Assembly: GCA_965242925.1 (NCBI GenBank)
Contig: CBDEUM010000030.1
Coordinates: forward strand, 1 to 64,000
Direction: 5' to 3'
Origin: Roseibacillus sp.
GTDB lineage: Bacteria > Verrucomicrobiota > Verrucomicrobiia > Verrucomicrobiales > Akkermansiaceae
DNA: 64,000 bases
Both the position numbers and the translations under genes were made by a program. Below, one piece after another: positions 19,901 to 30,270 of the stretch; positions within the stretch are counted from its first letter, which is position 1; each line of letters opens with the position of its first letter. The notes under the pieces were generated by a model, which ran no database searches, was not told where the DNA came from, and was given only the letters and a program-made list of their open reading frames with translations.

Positions 19901-21040
19901 GTGGATTCCGTCACGGACCTTCTCCAGCAACTCGTCCGCATCCCCTCTGTCAACCCCGACGGAGATCCGGGTACGGACCGGTGCGGCGAGGAGAATCTCG
20001 CCCTCTGGCTGGGAGATTTTCTCAGTGGACACGGCTTTACCGTCACTACTGAGGAGGTGGAACCCGGTCGCCCGAACCTTCTTGCCTGCAGCCCGGGATC
20101 CGATTCCGACAGCCGTCCGCGAATCCTGCTGGGACCGCACCTCGATACCGTGGGAGTCGGAGGAATGACCATCGATCCTTTCGGCGGAGAATTGCGCAAC
20201 GGAAAACTATGGGGACGCGGTGCCTCGGACACCAAGGGCTCCATGGCCGCCATGATCTGGGGATTGATCAGGAACCGGGAAAGCCTCGCGGACCTTGCAG
20301 TGGCGGTCGACTTCGTGGCCTTCATGAGCGAGGAGTCCGGCCAGCAGGGATCCAGACACTTCGTGGAGAGGCATGGAGCAGATTACGAGTTCGCCATCGC
20401 GGGGGAGCCGACTCAACTCAACATTGTCCACACCACAAAGGGATCCCTCTGGGCCACTCTCGCAACCAGTGGATTGTCCGGCCACTCCTCCCAACCGGAA
20501 CTCGGCGACAACGCCATCATGAAACTGGTGCGCTCCCTTGACCTTCTGGAGAGCGAATTAGGGATGAGCCTGGATGATTTCACCCACCCGGTTCTCGGAC
20601 ACGCCACTATCAATGTTGGAATGATCAGGGGAGGAACCCGGGCCAACATCATCCCCGACCAGGCCTCCGCCCAGATTGATATCCGCTTTCCTCCCTCCCT
20701 GACCACGAAGGGAAGCGCCCGGGAGTTCCTGGAAGCCTTCATTGCAGAGCGCGGCCTCCCCCTGACTCTGGAGAGATGTGTCGAAAACCCGCCGATGGAG
20801 GTTCCTGTCGACAACGAATGGCTCACCCGTCTCACCGCCCTGAACCCGCAATCCCGGCTCGTCGGCGCTCCCTGGTTCTCCGACGCCGCCCACCTCAACG
20901 AAGGAGGCCTTCCCGCCATCTGCCTCGGCCCGGGTTCCATTCAGCAGGCCCATACCAGGGATGAATTCATCAGCATCGCGGACCTGGAAGCGGGAGCGGA
21001 CTACTTCTCCAGGCTCATTGCCGGCCTTGAGGCGGATTGA
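19901..21040 (+). CDS. M20 family metallohydrolase (ArgE/DapE-like)
   Basis: LVRIPSVNP, HLDTV, GRGASDTKG, SEE, GEPT, GHSS and AHTRDE motifs. Confidence 0.9.
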   Translation: MDSVTDLLQQLVRIPSVNPDGDPGTDRCGEENLALWLGDFLSGHGFTVTTEEVEPGRPNLLACSPGSDSDSRPRILLGPHLDTVGVGGMTIDPFGGELRNGKLWGRGASDTKGSMAAMIWGLIRNRESLADLAVAVDFVAFMSEESGQQGSRHFVERHGADYEFAIAGEPTQLNIVHTTKGSLWATLATSGLSGHSSQPELGDNAIMKLVRSLDLLESELGMSLDDFTHPVLGHATINVGMIRGGTRANIIPDQASAQIDIRFPPSLTTKGSAREFLEAFIAERGLPLTLERCVENPPMEVPVDNEWLTRLTALNPQSRLVGAPWFSDAAHLNEGGLPAICLGPGSIQQAHTRDEFISIADLEAGADYFSRLIAGLEAD

Positions 21041-21169
21041 ACATCACCGCATGGGGTCCGCCTGCATCCACCTGTGAAATCAGTTGCCGGATTACAACCC
21101 TGTTCCTCCTGACCGGTTCAAATCCAGACAGCATCCAGGCGAAGCAGGGAAAGCCGGAAAAGGCGGAAC

Positions 21170-21565
21170 CTACCGGGTGATCTCAACGAGTCTATCGAGA
21201 TCCCGGACAATGACCTCAATGGCCTTGAGCCGATTCCTGCGCACCTCCCGATCATCGATATGGCTGGCGATGCGGCGGGCGGCATGGGCCTTCTCCAGGC
21301 CATCCTGCGCCTTGTCGCGCACGGTATCGAAATCGCGGGTCCTGTTGGCCTTGCTCATCTCCTCGTTGAGTTTCTGTAATTCCACAAGGAAGACCTGGTA
21401 GCGCCCATTCAGCTCAGCGTCGGAGAGCGCGCTGTAGGGCGAAACCGTGATGCTTGGTGGCGGCCTGCCGGGATCCCGCGGAGAACAGGAGGACAGCCCC
21501 AGAATCAGTCCGAGAAAACAGGACAGGAATTTAGCGGGAAAGGGCATCGGGATCGGTTGGATCAT
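21170..21565 (-). CDS. Hypothetical lipoprotein
   Basis: Hydrophobic N-terminus with LSSC lipobox, Pro-rich linker and helical remainder. Start could be the second Met. Confidence 0.65.
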   Translation of the reverse strand: MIQPIPMPFPAKFLSCFLGLILGLSSCSPRDPGRPPPSITVSPYSALSDAELNGRYQVFLVELQKLNEEMSKANRTRDFDTVRDKAQDGLEKAHAARRIASHIDDREVRRNRLKAIEVIVRDLDRLVEITR

Positions 21566-21626
21566 GCAAGCCGGACAACGTCACCTCACTGGTTAAGATT
21601 GAAGCACTTCAGGTAGGATCGGGATT

Positions 21627-23573
21627 TTATTCGGGACTGGAGGGTCCCGCCTCCACCGCCTTATGGACCGAAACATCCAACAGAGACGGCGGTGGCACCA
21701 CTTCTTCCGGTATGACCGCCTGGCGATTGAGTTGCTCGCCGGTATTTTCACGCGCGATGTTATCGGTGAAGGGTCGGGCCGTGGAATGACGGTCTATCAA
21801 AATCCCGAACTTGTTGTTCTTCTCAGCCACATTCCCCTCCATCCCTGCCGTCGTTCCATCTCCCGCCACCAGGATTCCTCCCAGCAAATTACCCTGCGCG
21901 CGGTTCGCCCGCAAAACAGCCCGCGCACCATTGGAAATACTTATGCCCACTTCCCGATTTCCATCGATCGTACACTGAACCAATTCCGAGTGCACCCCCT
22001 TCGACATCAGAACCACTCCGGCAAGACCGTTGCGGGTGGCCCGAGATTTTGTGATCATCACCCGTCCGCCGCCCCACGCATCGACACCATGATGAATATT
22101 CAACTGAAAGCGACAATCTCCGGCCTCGGCGGCGCTCCCCTCACCGTATACGGCCAGCCCATCCCAGCCGCATTCTGAAACCTGCACGTTGCGCAGGCGA
22201 CCGGTTCCCCCATTGATGACCGCCACCCCGTGACCGGATCCCTTATCGATATGGCAATCTTCCAGGCTGAGCTCCGATCCATCTGCAAGAACCACCGGAT
22301 AGCGCTCCCCGGTATGCACGATTCCAGTCTGTCTCAACGTCACCGCGGCCACCCTGCTGCCGCTCGCCTCTTTGGTGGCCAGGAGGACACTGGCGCTCTC
22401 GGCATCGCACTGGATGATGGATTCGTCATGGCCCACCCCCTCCAGATCAACTTTCACGTTCAGGGTCAGAGACTCCGTGAACGTTCCCGCCCCAATCCGG
22501 ATCTTGTCGTTCGGCCGGGCGGAGGCCAGTGCCTCATTGATGGTAGCGTAGTCCCGGGGCACCATCAACAGGCGCGCATAGGCCGACATCTTGTTGTAGA
22601 GATCCTCATACTCCTTCCGCTCGTCGAGCCGGATGGCTTCACGCAAGGTTTCCAGAGCGGCTTCCGAGAACTCCCCCTGGTCCAGGGACAGAGCCTTCTC
22701 GTAAAGCTTGCGCGCGCGAATGCGCCGTTCCTCCATGATCCGCATGCCCTCCGCGGTGGCGGCCTTGAATCCTGCAAGTTGTTCATGTCCCGGGACCATT
22801 GATTCCAGCTTTGCTGTGTGCGCCGCCAGAGTGGCCCACTGCTCTTCCTGCAAGGCTTCCCGGGATTTCTCCAGCAAGACCCCAATCTGGTCGTCCATTC
22901 GCCCCTCCCTGATGACCTTGATCAGGCCTGCCACCTCGGGATGGCTCGCTTCCATGCCCTGCAACTCCTCCAGTCGGGCATTCGCTTCGTCCCAGTTGCG
23001 TTCCTCGATTGCGGCGCGGGTGGATCCCACCAGGAACCCGAGTTTCTGTCGGCGGGCTTCCTCCTTGCCTTCGGATATCCTGCGGCGCCCCTCCCTGACC
23101 CGCTCCGGGTCGTCCTCAAGATCCACCAGTTTCGAGTAGATCGACTCAGCCCGGGCCCAATCACGACTCTCGACTGCGATGCGGGCATTCCCTGCCAGAG
23201 TTTCCAGATCCTGATTGTCCCGCGACTGACGCTCCTCGATGAGATACCGGTTGCCATACCACCCGGCCGCCACCACACATCCCACCAGGAGAAGAGAGAG
23301 AATCAACCGGAGGATCATGCCCCTGGCCCGCAAAGACGGTTCACGGCTTTTCTGCTCCACCACCACCGCCAGGGCATCGTTCAATCGGTCCAACTCATCG
23401 CGAAAGCTCCCCTGGAGCTTCTCGTCCTTGGTGGTTCGGACCAATTCCTCAAGTTTCTCCGCCACCTTCCCGAAAGCCGGCAAATGAGGTGAAACGATCG
23501 CACCAGGTTCGTAGCCGAGAACCTTCATGGCATCCTCGTAACTCATCTCTTCCTGGATTTGCGCCGTTTTCAC
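21627..23573 (-). CDS. Membrane-anchored protein with helical/TPR-like stalk and right-handed parallel beta-helix domain
   Basis: Likely GTG start at 23573 overlapping the nadE TGA (GTGA); one TM; VPRDYATINEAL...GAGTFTESL followed by beta-helix repeats (GNREVGI, GNLLGGI). Confidence 0.82.
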   Translation of the reverse strand: MKTAQIQEEMSYEDAMKVLGYEPGAIVSPHLPAFGKVAEKLEELVRTTKDEKLQGSFRDELDRLNDALAVVVEQKSREPSLRARGMILRLILSLLLVGCVVAAGWYGNRYLIEERQSRDNQDLETLAGNARIAVESRDWARAESIYSKLVDLEDDPERVREGRRRISEGKEEARRQKLGFLVGSTRAAIEERNWDEANARLEELQGMEASHPEVAGLIKVIREGRMDDQIGVLLEKSREALQEEQWATLAAHTAKLESMVPGHEQLAGFKAATAEGMRIMEERRIRARKLYEKALSLDQGEFSEAALETLREAIRLDERKEYEDLYNKMSAYARLLMVPRDYATINEALASARPNDKIRIGAGTFTESLTLNVKVDLEGVGHDESIIQCDAESASVLLATKEASGSRVAAVTLRQTGIVHTGERYPVVLADGSELSLEDCHIDKGSGHGVAVINGGTGRLRNVQVSECGWDGLAVYGEGSAAEAGDCRFQLNIHHGVDAWGGGRVMITKSRATRNGLAGVVLMSKGVHSELVQCTIDGNREVGISISNGARAVLRANRAQGNLLGGILVAGDGTTAGMEGNVAEKNNKFGILIDRHSTARPFTDNIARENTGEQLNRQAVIPEEVVPPPSLLDVSVHKAVEAGPSSPE

Positions 23574-25225
23574 CTGCCGAATCTTTGGACGATAGGGATC
23601 CGTCTTCCAATCCCAAAAGCCTTCGAGGTAACACGAATTCCCGGAGCAGACTGGTGACGTTTCCATTCATTCAGGTCCACCTGACGCTGCACCCAGCGCA
23701 CCGTTTCCTCCTTAAACCCATGGCTCTCAATGATCTCCTCCGGCGAGCACTGTTTCTCCACATACAATTCGAGGATCTCGTCCAGCGCTCCGTAGGGAGG
23801 AAGACTGTCCTCGTCCTTCTGGTCGGGTCGCAGTTCAGCGCTGGGGGGTTTCTCGATTGTGTTCCAGGGAATCACCTCCCCGGCACGATTCAGCCAGCGG
23901 GCCACCTCAAAGACCCGGGTTTTGGGAAGATCGCTGATAACCGCGAGACCTCCGCACATGTCGCCATAAATCGTACAATAGCCCACCGCCAGTTCACTTT
24001 TGTTCCCGGTGGTCAGGAGGAGGTGATTATACTTGTTGGAAAGCGACATGAGATACAGACCCCGGATACGCGCTTGCATGTTCTCCTCCGTAACATCCTC
24101 GGGAAGATCCCCGAAAAGGGGTGCCATGGCCGCCTTCACCGCCTCGAAAGGCTCCCTGATGGCAACCGTATCACAGCGCATTCCGAGATTTGCGGCCAGC
24201 GCGAGCGAATCGTCCACACTCCCCCTGGAGGAATAGGCGCTCGGCATGGTCAATCCGTGGACGTTCCCTGCCCCCAGGGCCTCCACCGCCACTGCCGCGG
24301 TGAGGGCAGAATCAATTCCCCCGCTCAATCCCATGCAGGCAGTCCGGAATCCGCACTTTTCCACATAGTCGCGCACCCCCAGCACAAGAGCCCGGAAAAT
24401 CTCCTCGGGAGGTTCAGGGTCGGCAGTCTCCGGAACCGCCTCGGCTTCAGCGCCGGATTCAGGACTGATCTCGATCACGCGGACTTCCTCGAGAAAAGCC
24501 GCCAGTTGGGCTCGAAGCGCGCCCTCCCCGTCCATGACCACGGAGTTCCCATCGAAGACGAGTTGGTCATTGCCCCCGATCGAGTTGCAGTAAACCAGGG
24601 GCAAGCCGGTGCCTTTCGCCACCATGGAGAGCAACTCACGCCGCACCACGGGCTTCCCCAGATGAAACGGGGAGGCACTCAAATTGATCAGGATCTCGGC
24701 GCCGGCGGCCTGCAACTCTTCCACCGGATCCCGCTTGTAGAGCGGCCGGTGCAGATAATCTTCCGTCCACACATCTTCACAGATCGTGATCCCCAGCTTG
24801 CGACCCCGCCACTCAACCGGTTCACACCGCTCCGCCGGCTCAAAATAGCGCCGCTCGTCAAAGATGTCGTAGGTCGGCAGTAGGGTCTTGAATACCCTTG
24901 CAACGATCCCCCCATTTTCGAGAAGAGCCGCCCCGTTTCGAAAAGGTTTTCCCGGGCCCTCCCCCCGGTTGTGATCCACGTAACCGACCAGGAGCGGCAC
25001 CTCGCCAATCTCACTGCCCAGGTAATCAAGGGCCTGGAGACACTTGTCGACGAAACCAGACTTGAAGACCAGATCGCGAGGAGGATAGCCCACCAGGGCC
25101 ATTTCCGGGGTGACCACGAAGTCGGCACCCTGATCAACGGCCTCGCGATAGGCATCCACGATCCGCCTGGCGTTGGCAGGAAAGTCGCCCACCGTGCCGT
25201 TGATCTGCGCCAGTCCGATCTTCAT
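23570..25225 (-). CDS. nadE: Glutamine-dependent NAD+ synthetase
   Basis: MKIGLAQIN, TPEM, ICEDVW nitrilase domain; GLSGGIDS, ENMQARIR, TGNKSE, PPSAELRPDQKD synthetase domain. Confidence 0.97.
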   Translation of the reverse strand: MKIGLAQINGTVGDFPANARRIVDAYREAVDQGADFVVTPEMALVGYPPRDLVFKSGFVDKCLQALDYLGSEIGEVPLLVGYVDHNRGEGPGKPFRNGAALLENGGIVARVFKTLLPTYDIFDERRYFEPAERCEPVEWRGRKLGITICEDVWTEDYLHRPLYKRDPVEELQAAGAEILINLSASPFHLGKPVVRRELLSMVAKGTGLPLVYCNSIGGNDQLVFDGNSVVMDGEGALRAQLAAFLEEVRVIEISPESGAEAEAVPETADPEPPEEIFRALVLGVRDYVEKCGFRTACMGLSGGIDSALTAAVAVEALGAGNVHGLTMPSAYSSRGSVDDSLALAANLGMRCDTVAIREPFEAVKAAMAPLFGDLPEDVTEENMQARIRGLYLMSLSNKYNHLLLTTGNKSELAVGYCTIYGDMCGGLAVISDLPKTRVFEVARWLNRAGEVIPWNTIEKPPSAELRPDQKDEDSLPPYGALDEILELYVEKQCSPEEIIESHGFKEETVRWVQRQVDLNEWKRHQSAPGIRVTSKAFGIGRRIPIVQRFGR

Positions 25226-25333
25226 CTGTCTTCCTGCCCCGCACTCATTTCCACCGGGCTCCACAGTATGGCACTCCGAACCGGGCTTGGAAACAGCGAT
25301 TTGAATCCTGGATCCGGTGGGAATGTTTCGCTC

Positions 25334-26104
25334 CTACCAGAGTCCGTACTTCCCAAAGGACAGGGCATACCAGCCCATCAGAAAATTCGCCACCGCATGC
25401 ATGACCACACAGGCCAGGAGACTCCTGGTCCAGATCGCACACCCATACATCAACGTGCCCCACACGAAGGCCGCCGCCCAGTCAGCCGGGCTGTGAATAA
25501 AGACCACCAGGGCCGTCACAACCAGGTAGCTCCTCCACGAGAAAGTTCCGAAGGGAACCTTCCAGTAGTCTCCGTCCGGATTCAGAATGAAGCGCATGAG
25601 AAACCCCCGCCAGAGCAACTCCTCCACCAGGGAGACCACCACAACCGCCCGGAGAAAGCGAAAAACGGTGGCCGCCCACCAAGCCATCGGGCTCTCGAAA
25701 ACCCCTGGATTGAATCCGTCCCGGCGGGGCAGGATACCCAGGCGCTCTTTCCAGCCACCAGGTTCCTCTTCCGTCATCCCCCACCATTCATAAAGCTGGG
25801 TGGGTAGAATCCAGATTCCGATTCCGACAGCACCCAGCACGGCGCCGAGAAGCAATTTCCCCGGTTCCCATTTTAACTCGTATTGCCGCCACCAGAAAAT
25901 CACCAATCCGCCCGCGAGCAACGTCTGCAGAGGATAAATCCACTGCTCCGGATAGCGGCGCCACCAGGACAGGTAGACATGATCCCGGAAAACACTCTCC
26001 AGGGAACCCGTGAGAACGGTCAACCCTCCGCCAATCAGCATGAAGGCGACCAGGGGCACCACATGCGCAAGCGTCTGGTCTTGTCTGATCCGCGCCAGGT
26101 TCAT
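25334..26104 (-). CDS. CPBP/CAAX prenyl protease-related membrane protein
   Basis: Multi-TM; EELLWRG, FIH and HAVAN motifs of the Abi/CPBP family. Confidence 0.88.
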   Translation of the reverse strand: MNLARIRQDQTLAHVVPLVAFMLIGGGLTVLTGSLESVFRDHVYLSWWRRYPEQWIYPLQTLLAGGLVIFWWRQYELKWEPGKLLLGAVLGAVGIGIWILPTQLYEWWGMTEEEPGGWKERLGILPRRDGFNPGVFESPMAWWAATVFRFLRAVVVVSLVEELLWRGFLMRFILNPDGDYWKVPFGTFSWRSYLVVTALVVFIHSPADWAAAFVWGTLMYGCAIWTRSLLACVVMHAVANFLMGWYALSFGKYGLW

Positions 26105-27276
26105 GGCGATTCCAGGGTTCCGACGTAGCGTTCAATCCTCTCGAGTGCCTTCTTCAGTTGATCGAAGGCCGTGGCGTAGCAACACCGCAGAAAACCCTCC
26201 CCACTTGCACCGAAAGCATCGCCGGGCACTGCCGCCACGTTCTCCGCCTCTAAAAGACCCATCGCAAACTCTGCGCTGCTGAGACCGAAGCTCCGGATAT
26301 CCGGAAAGACGTAGAACGCTCCCCCGGGCGAGTGGCACTCCATGCCAATCTCGTTGAGACGCCTTACCACGAAATCGCGGCGCTCGTGATAACTCTCCCG
26401 CATGCGCTCTATCGAGGCCGCTCCGTTTTCCAGCGCCTCCAATGCTGCGGCCTGACTGGTAACAGGAGCGCACAGCATGGAATACTGGTGAATCTTCATC
26501 ATGGCATCAAGAAGCGGAGCCGGCGCACAGGCGTAGCCCAGACGAAAGCCCGTCATGGCGAAGGCCTTGGAGAATCCATGGAGCAGAATAGTGCGCTCGC
26601 GCATCCCCGGAAGGGAGGCAATCGACACATGGGCCTCGTCGTCGTAGCGCAATTCGCTGTAAATCTCATCGCTGATCACTATCAGGTCGTGCTCGACGCA
26701 GAGCCTGGCGATCCCGGCCAGATCCTCCCCACTTGCAATCCCACCAGTGGGATTGGTGGGGAAGTTGAGGATCAGAACGCGCGAACTGGGCGTGAGAACG
26801 CCCGCCAGAGCCTCGGGCTTCAGGGAGAAGTCATCCCGCTTGCGGGTTGCTACCGGCACGGGCACACCATGGGCCATCACCGTCCCCGGCATGTAACTTA
26901 CATAGCAGGGCTCGTGATAAACCACCTCGTCGCCGGGATTGATTAATGCCCGCAGGGCCAGATCGAGCGCTTCCGAGACTCCGACTGTTACAAGGACTTC
27001 ACTGGAGGGGTCATACTGCACCCCGAAAAAACTTCCCACGTAGTCGGCAATCCTGCGTCGCAACGACATCAGGCCGAGGTTGGAGGTATAGGAAGTGTGG
27101 CCACGCTCCAATGAATAGATCGCAGCCTCGCGGATATGCCAGGGCGCAGAATAGTCGGGCTCCCCCACTCCAAGAGAGATCACCTCATCGCGCCCCTGCA
27201 CGAGGTCGAAGAAGTCCCGAATGCCGGAGCGCGGCACCGCGGACACCTGCCGCGAAATTTTTGCAGGATAATCCAT
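26101..27276 (-). CDS. Class I/II PLP aminotransferase
   Basis: SLGVGEPD, NFPTNPTG, SDEIY, GFSKAFAMTGFRLG (PLP lysine). Confidence 0.93.
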   Translation of the reverse strand: MDYPAKISRQVSAVPRSGIRDFFDLVQGRDEVISLGVGEPDYSAPWHIREAAIYSLERGHTSYTSNLGLMSLRRRIADYVGSFFGVQYDPSSEVLVTVGVSEALDLALRALINPGDEVVYHEPCYVSYMPGTVMAHGVPVPVATRKRDDFSLKPEALAGVLTPSSRVLILNFPTNPTGGIASGEDLAGIARLCVEHDLIVISDEIYSELRYDDEAHVSIASLPGMRERTILLHGFSKAFAMTGFRLGYACAPAPLLDAMMKIHQYSMLCAPVTSQAAALEALENGAASIERMRESYHERRDFVVRRLNEIGMECHSPGGAFYVFPDIRSFGLSSAEFAMGLLEAENVAAVPGDAFGASGEGFLRCCYATAFDQLKKALERIERYVGTLESP

Positions 27277-27281
27277 CGCTC

Positions 27282-27767
27282 CTACGGCGCCACGGGCAAC
27301 CGCTCCGGATCTTCGTCCCCGCCAAAGGCGAAGCCGTTCTCCTTGTAGGTCTTCAGTCTGAAATGTGTGGCTGTTGAGAGCACTCCCTCCATTGTGCTCA
27401 GCTTCTCCGAGACAAACCGCGCCACCTCCATCAGGTCCTCTCCCTCCACCACAATCAGCAGATCGTATCCTCCGCTCATCAGGTAGCAGCTAAGAACCTG
27501 ATCGAACTTCGAGATGCGGGCGGCAAGGCGGTCAAAACCGCCCTCCCTCTCAGGAGTGAGCTTCACTTCGATGATCCCTACCACCACGGCCTGCCCGGTC
27601 TTCGCCGAATCAACGACCGCCTCATAGCCAAGCACCGTCCCGTCCGCCTCCCAGGCGGCAATCTGCGCCCTGACTTCGTCTGCCGACAAAGAAACGCGCT
27701 CCGCCAGCTCCGCATCGGAAGACCGCCCGTTACGTCGCAGGAGCTTGAGCAATGAATCGTTGGGCAT
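27282..27767 (-). CDS. Lrp/AsnC family transcriptional regulator
   Basis: N-terminal HTH; YLMSGGYDL and TATHFRLK in the RAM domain; 5 nt upstream of the aminotransferase. Confidence 0.92.
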   Translation of the reverse strand: MPNDSLLKLLRRNGRSSDAELAERVSLSADEVRAQIAAWEADGTVLGYEAVVDSAKTGQAVVVGIIEVKLTPEREGGFDRLAARISKFDQVLSCYLMSGGYDLLIVVEGEDLMEVARFVSEKLSTMEGVLSTATHFRLKTYKENGFAFGGDEDPERLPVAP

Positions 27768-27858
27768 GCCGGGGCGCTTCTAGGGAGAACAGGCCATCAT
27801 GGCAAGCCGTAGCTGTGGCATCCTGCATCGATCCCTTCCCCCGCAGGAAGCCTTTTCC

Positions 27859-28656
27859 TCACAGGTTCTCCGCAAAGAACCGCAGGGTGTCCACCAGGTG
27901 CGTCTCCCAGTAGGGCCACTCATGTCCACCTGGAAACTCCTCGTAGGTGTGCTCGACTTCTTCCTTCTCTAACACGGCATGAAGTTCCCGATTTGCATCG
28001 AGGAGCGAATCATCAAGACCGCAATCGAATCGCATGGGAGGCAAATCCTTCCGGTGGGCAAGAATGGATCCCAGGGCAGTCACCCTCTCCTCCGGGGTCT
28101 CGCAGAATGACAGGGACTCCTCCACGAAGGGCTCCAACTGCTCAAGCTTGGTAATCGAGGAGTGTGCCGAGATGGCATGGAACCTCGTTCCGAACTTTGC
28201 GCCCAGTCGAAGGGCCCCGAACCCGCCCATACTCAGGCCCGCAAGGAACCTCGGCGAGGACCCCGAGACGGGAGCACCAGCCTCCTCGGTGGCACGAGGC
28301 ACTTCCTCCACTATCCAGCGCTCAAAATCCTTCCCCTCATGCGGCATGTAGGCCGATCCATCTCCCCATAATCCATCGCTCGGCATGGCGAGAACAAGAG
28401 GCGGAATCTCACCTGATGCAATCAACCGCGCAGCCGTCAGGTGGGCACCCCCGTTAAAGGCCCATCCCCAGTGAGAACTATAGACCCCGTGCAGCAGAAT
28501 GACGAGTGGCAGGCTCTCCTGGAGCCCCTGAGCTTCAGGCAGAAAAAGAGAGAGGTCCGCCCGCTGCTTCAGGGCCTCGCTTTTCACGGTGACATGCCGA
28601 AGCCCCTCGCGCTCAAAACGCGGGTCACTGACCTTGATGGTTCGGAAAGCGCTCAC
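27859..28656 (-). CDS. Alpha/beta-hydrolase esterase (S-formylglutathione hydrolase/putative esterase family)
   Basis: LLHG, GLSMGG nucleophile, DCG, GGHEWPYW. Likely GTG start 28656 after GGAG. Confidence 0.88.
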   Translation of the reverse strand: MSAFRTIKVSDPRFEREGLRHVTVKSEALKQRADLSLFLPEAQGLQESLPLVILLHGVYSSHWGWAFNGGAHLTAARLIASGEIPPLVLAMPSDGLWGDGSAYMPHEGKDFERWIVEEVPRATEEAGAPVSGSSPRFLAGLSMGGFGALRLGAKFGTRFHAISAHSSITKLEQLEPFVEESLSFCETPEERVTALGSILAHRKDLPPMRFDCGLDDSLLDANRELHAVLEKEEVEHTYEEFPGGHEWPYWETHLVDTLRFFAENL

Positions 28657-28673
28657 AACACCCTCTCCAAACA

Positions 28674-29090
28674 CTACGCCGGCGGAATCTGCAACGGTTC
28701 CCTGCCTCCCCGCTTCCGAATCCAGTTCATCGCCCGCAGAACCATGGGCAGGCGAATCAGCCAGAGCTCCAGCGAGCGCTTTCCCGGAAAGTTCATCAGG
28801 GCAAGCCCGACAAGGATGGTCAGAAGCCCCTGTCCGGGCAAAGCAAGAAGAGCGATGCCCGAGATCACGAGAGCCCCTCCCCCGACATTCTTCAGTATCA
28901 ATCCCGTCCAGCGGATCATGGGATGCCGGGAGCCAAAAGTCCGGATCCGGTCCCGTCCGGGCATGAAATAATCCGCGCTCAGGAAGGAAATGGCCCAGGG
29001 AGTCAGAAAAATGGCCGCTACCACCGAAACTGCCGAAAAAGCGCCGAGAAACCAAAGAAGAATCTCATTATCCCGGAACCACTCAGTCAT
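28674..29090 (-). CDS. PGPGW-like small membrane protein
   Basis: Hydrophobic; GIALLALPGQGLLTILVGLALMNFPGK motif. Start ATG 29090. Confidence 0.8.
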   Translation of the reverse strand: MTEWFRDNEILLWFLGAFSAVSVVAAIFLTPWAISFLSADYFMPGRDRIRTFGSRHPMIRWTGLILKNVGGGALVISGIALLALPGQGLLTILVGLALMNFPGKRSLELWLIRLPMVLRAMNWIRKRGGREPLQIPPA

Positions 29091-29237
29091 CACACATCGC
29101 TGACCTCTGGCCATGGCCCTCTGAAGCCTTACCCTTCAAGCCGGATTCTCCACCCCCTCCGCAACCCACTCCTGATGCGTCCGGGCGGCCCAAGGCCGTG
29201 AGCATGAGAATGTAATAAGGTAAATTCACTGCTTTTG

Positions 29238-30131
29238 TTACCGCGTCCCACTGCCCTTCACAAGGACCTTCCGATTCCTGAGGTCGAACGAATCCCCAGT
29301 CCGTACCGTCTCCCATTTTCCTTCAACCGGCGTGTCCTTCCTCCACTTCCTGGGATCGTAGATCAGCACGGCCCCTTTCTCCTTCCCGATCACCTCGAAG
29401 CGGTCCCCCTGCACCACAATGGCAACATCCTCATCGATGCCGATCCCGAGCATGGCCGCGCGGTCGAACTCCCTGTCCATCTTCCCTTCAGGATCCTCCA
29501 GCACCTCAATCAGATCCCTCTCCCGGCCCCGGGCGATGAGATGCTGGTCAATGGCGGTATTGCGCAGGAATCCGAACCCTCGCTGCACATCACCCACCAT
29601 GATGGTGTTTCCACTGGTATCCCCCCTCGCCAGAAAGGACCCTTGGATAGTGGCTCCGGCTGAGGAACCCCCGATCACTCCACCACGCTCAAGCACCCGG
29701 TGAAACTCCTGCTCCGAACGTGTTCCTCCGTAGGCTCTGGTCAGACGCCACTGCCGCCCCCCACCGAACCATACTCCTGTGGCCCGTTTGATCGGCTTCA
29801 CGAATTCCTCCGTGTCCGCGACCTTGGGATCATGCGTATGCAGCACCGTCACCTCCGCCACTCCCAGTTTTTCCCGAGCGAAAGCGGTGACCCAGGAACG
29901 GTCATAATTGTGTTTCGGATCACTGGACGCCGCGGTGGTCACCACCACGATACGCGCCCCCTTCCCTCCCGCCAGTTCCACGAACTTGCCGAGGATGATC
30001 TCCATTTCCTTTCCGCCACCGCCCACGATGACAAGTGATCCCCTGGCCGGACCAACCACGGGGGACTCCTGGGCCATCGCCATCCCGAACAGAAGCAATA
30101 CCACCGTCAACACTCCGCTCTTCATTGTCAT
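29238..30131 (-). CDS. Cyanophycinase-like peptidase S51 with signal peptide
   Basis: LVIVGGG, WFGGGRQ, GGSSAGA serine motif, IDQH...RGR, GIDE; signal peptide MKSGVLTVVLLLFGMAMA. Confidence 0.88.
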   Translation of the reverse strand: MTMKSGVLTVVLLLFGMAMAQESPVVGPARGSLVIVGGGGKEMEIILGKFVELAGGKGARIVVVTTAASSDPKHNYDRSWVTAFAREKLGVAEVTVLHTHDPKVADTEEFVKPIKRATGVWFGGGRQWRLTRAYGGTRSEQEFHRVLERGGVIGGSSAGATIQGSFLARGDTSGNTIMVGDVQRGFGFLRNTAIDQHLIARGRERDLIEVLEDPEGKMDREFDRAAMLGIGIDEDVAIVVQGDRFEVIGKEKGAVLIYDPRKWRKDTPVEGKWETVRTGDSFDLRNRKVLVKGSGTR

Positions 30132-30270
30132 CACCCCATAACAGCCCTCGATTAGTCTGCTTTTCAAGCGCACAATTGGAAGGAACACAGGACCTGCTTG
30201 CTCATGATCGGATTTTTTCTCAAAGTCAGGCGACACACTTACAAGACACCGCCTCGGCTCCTCCACCGAC

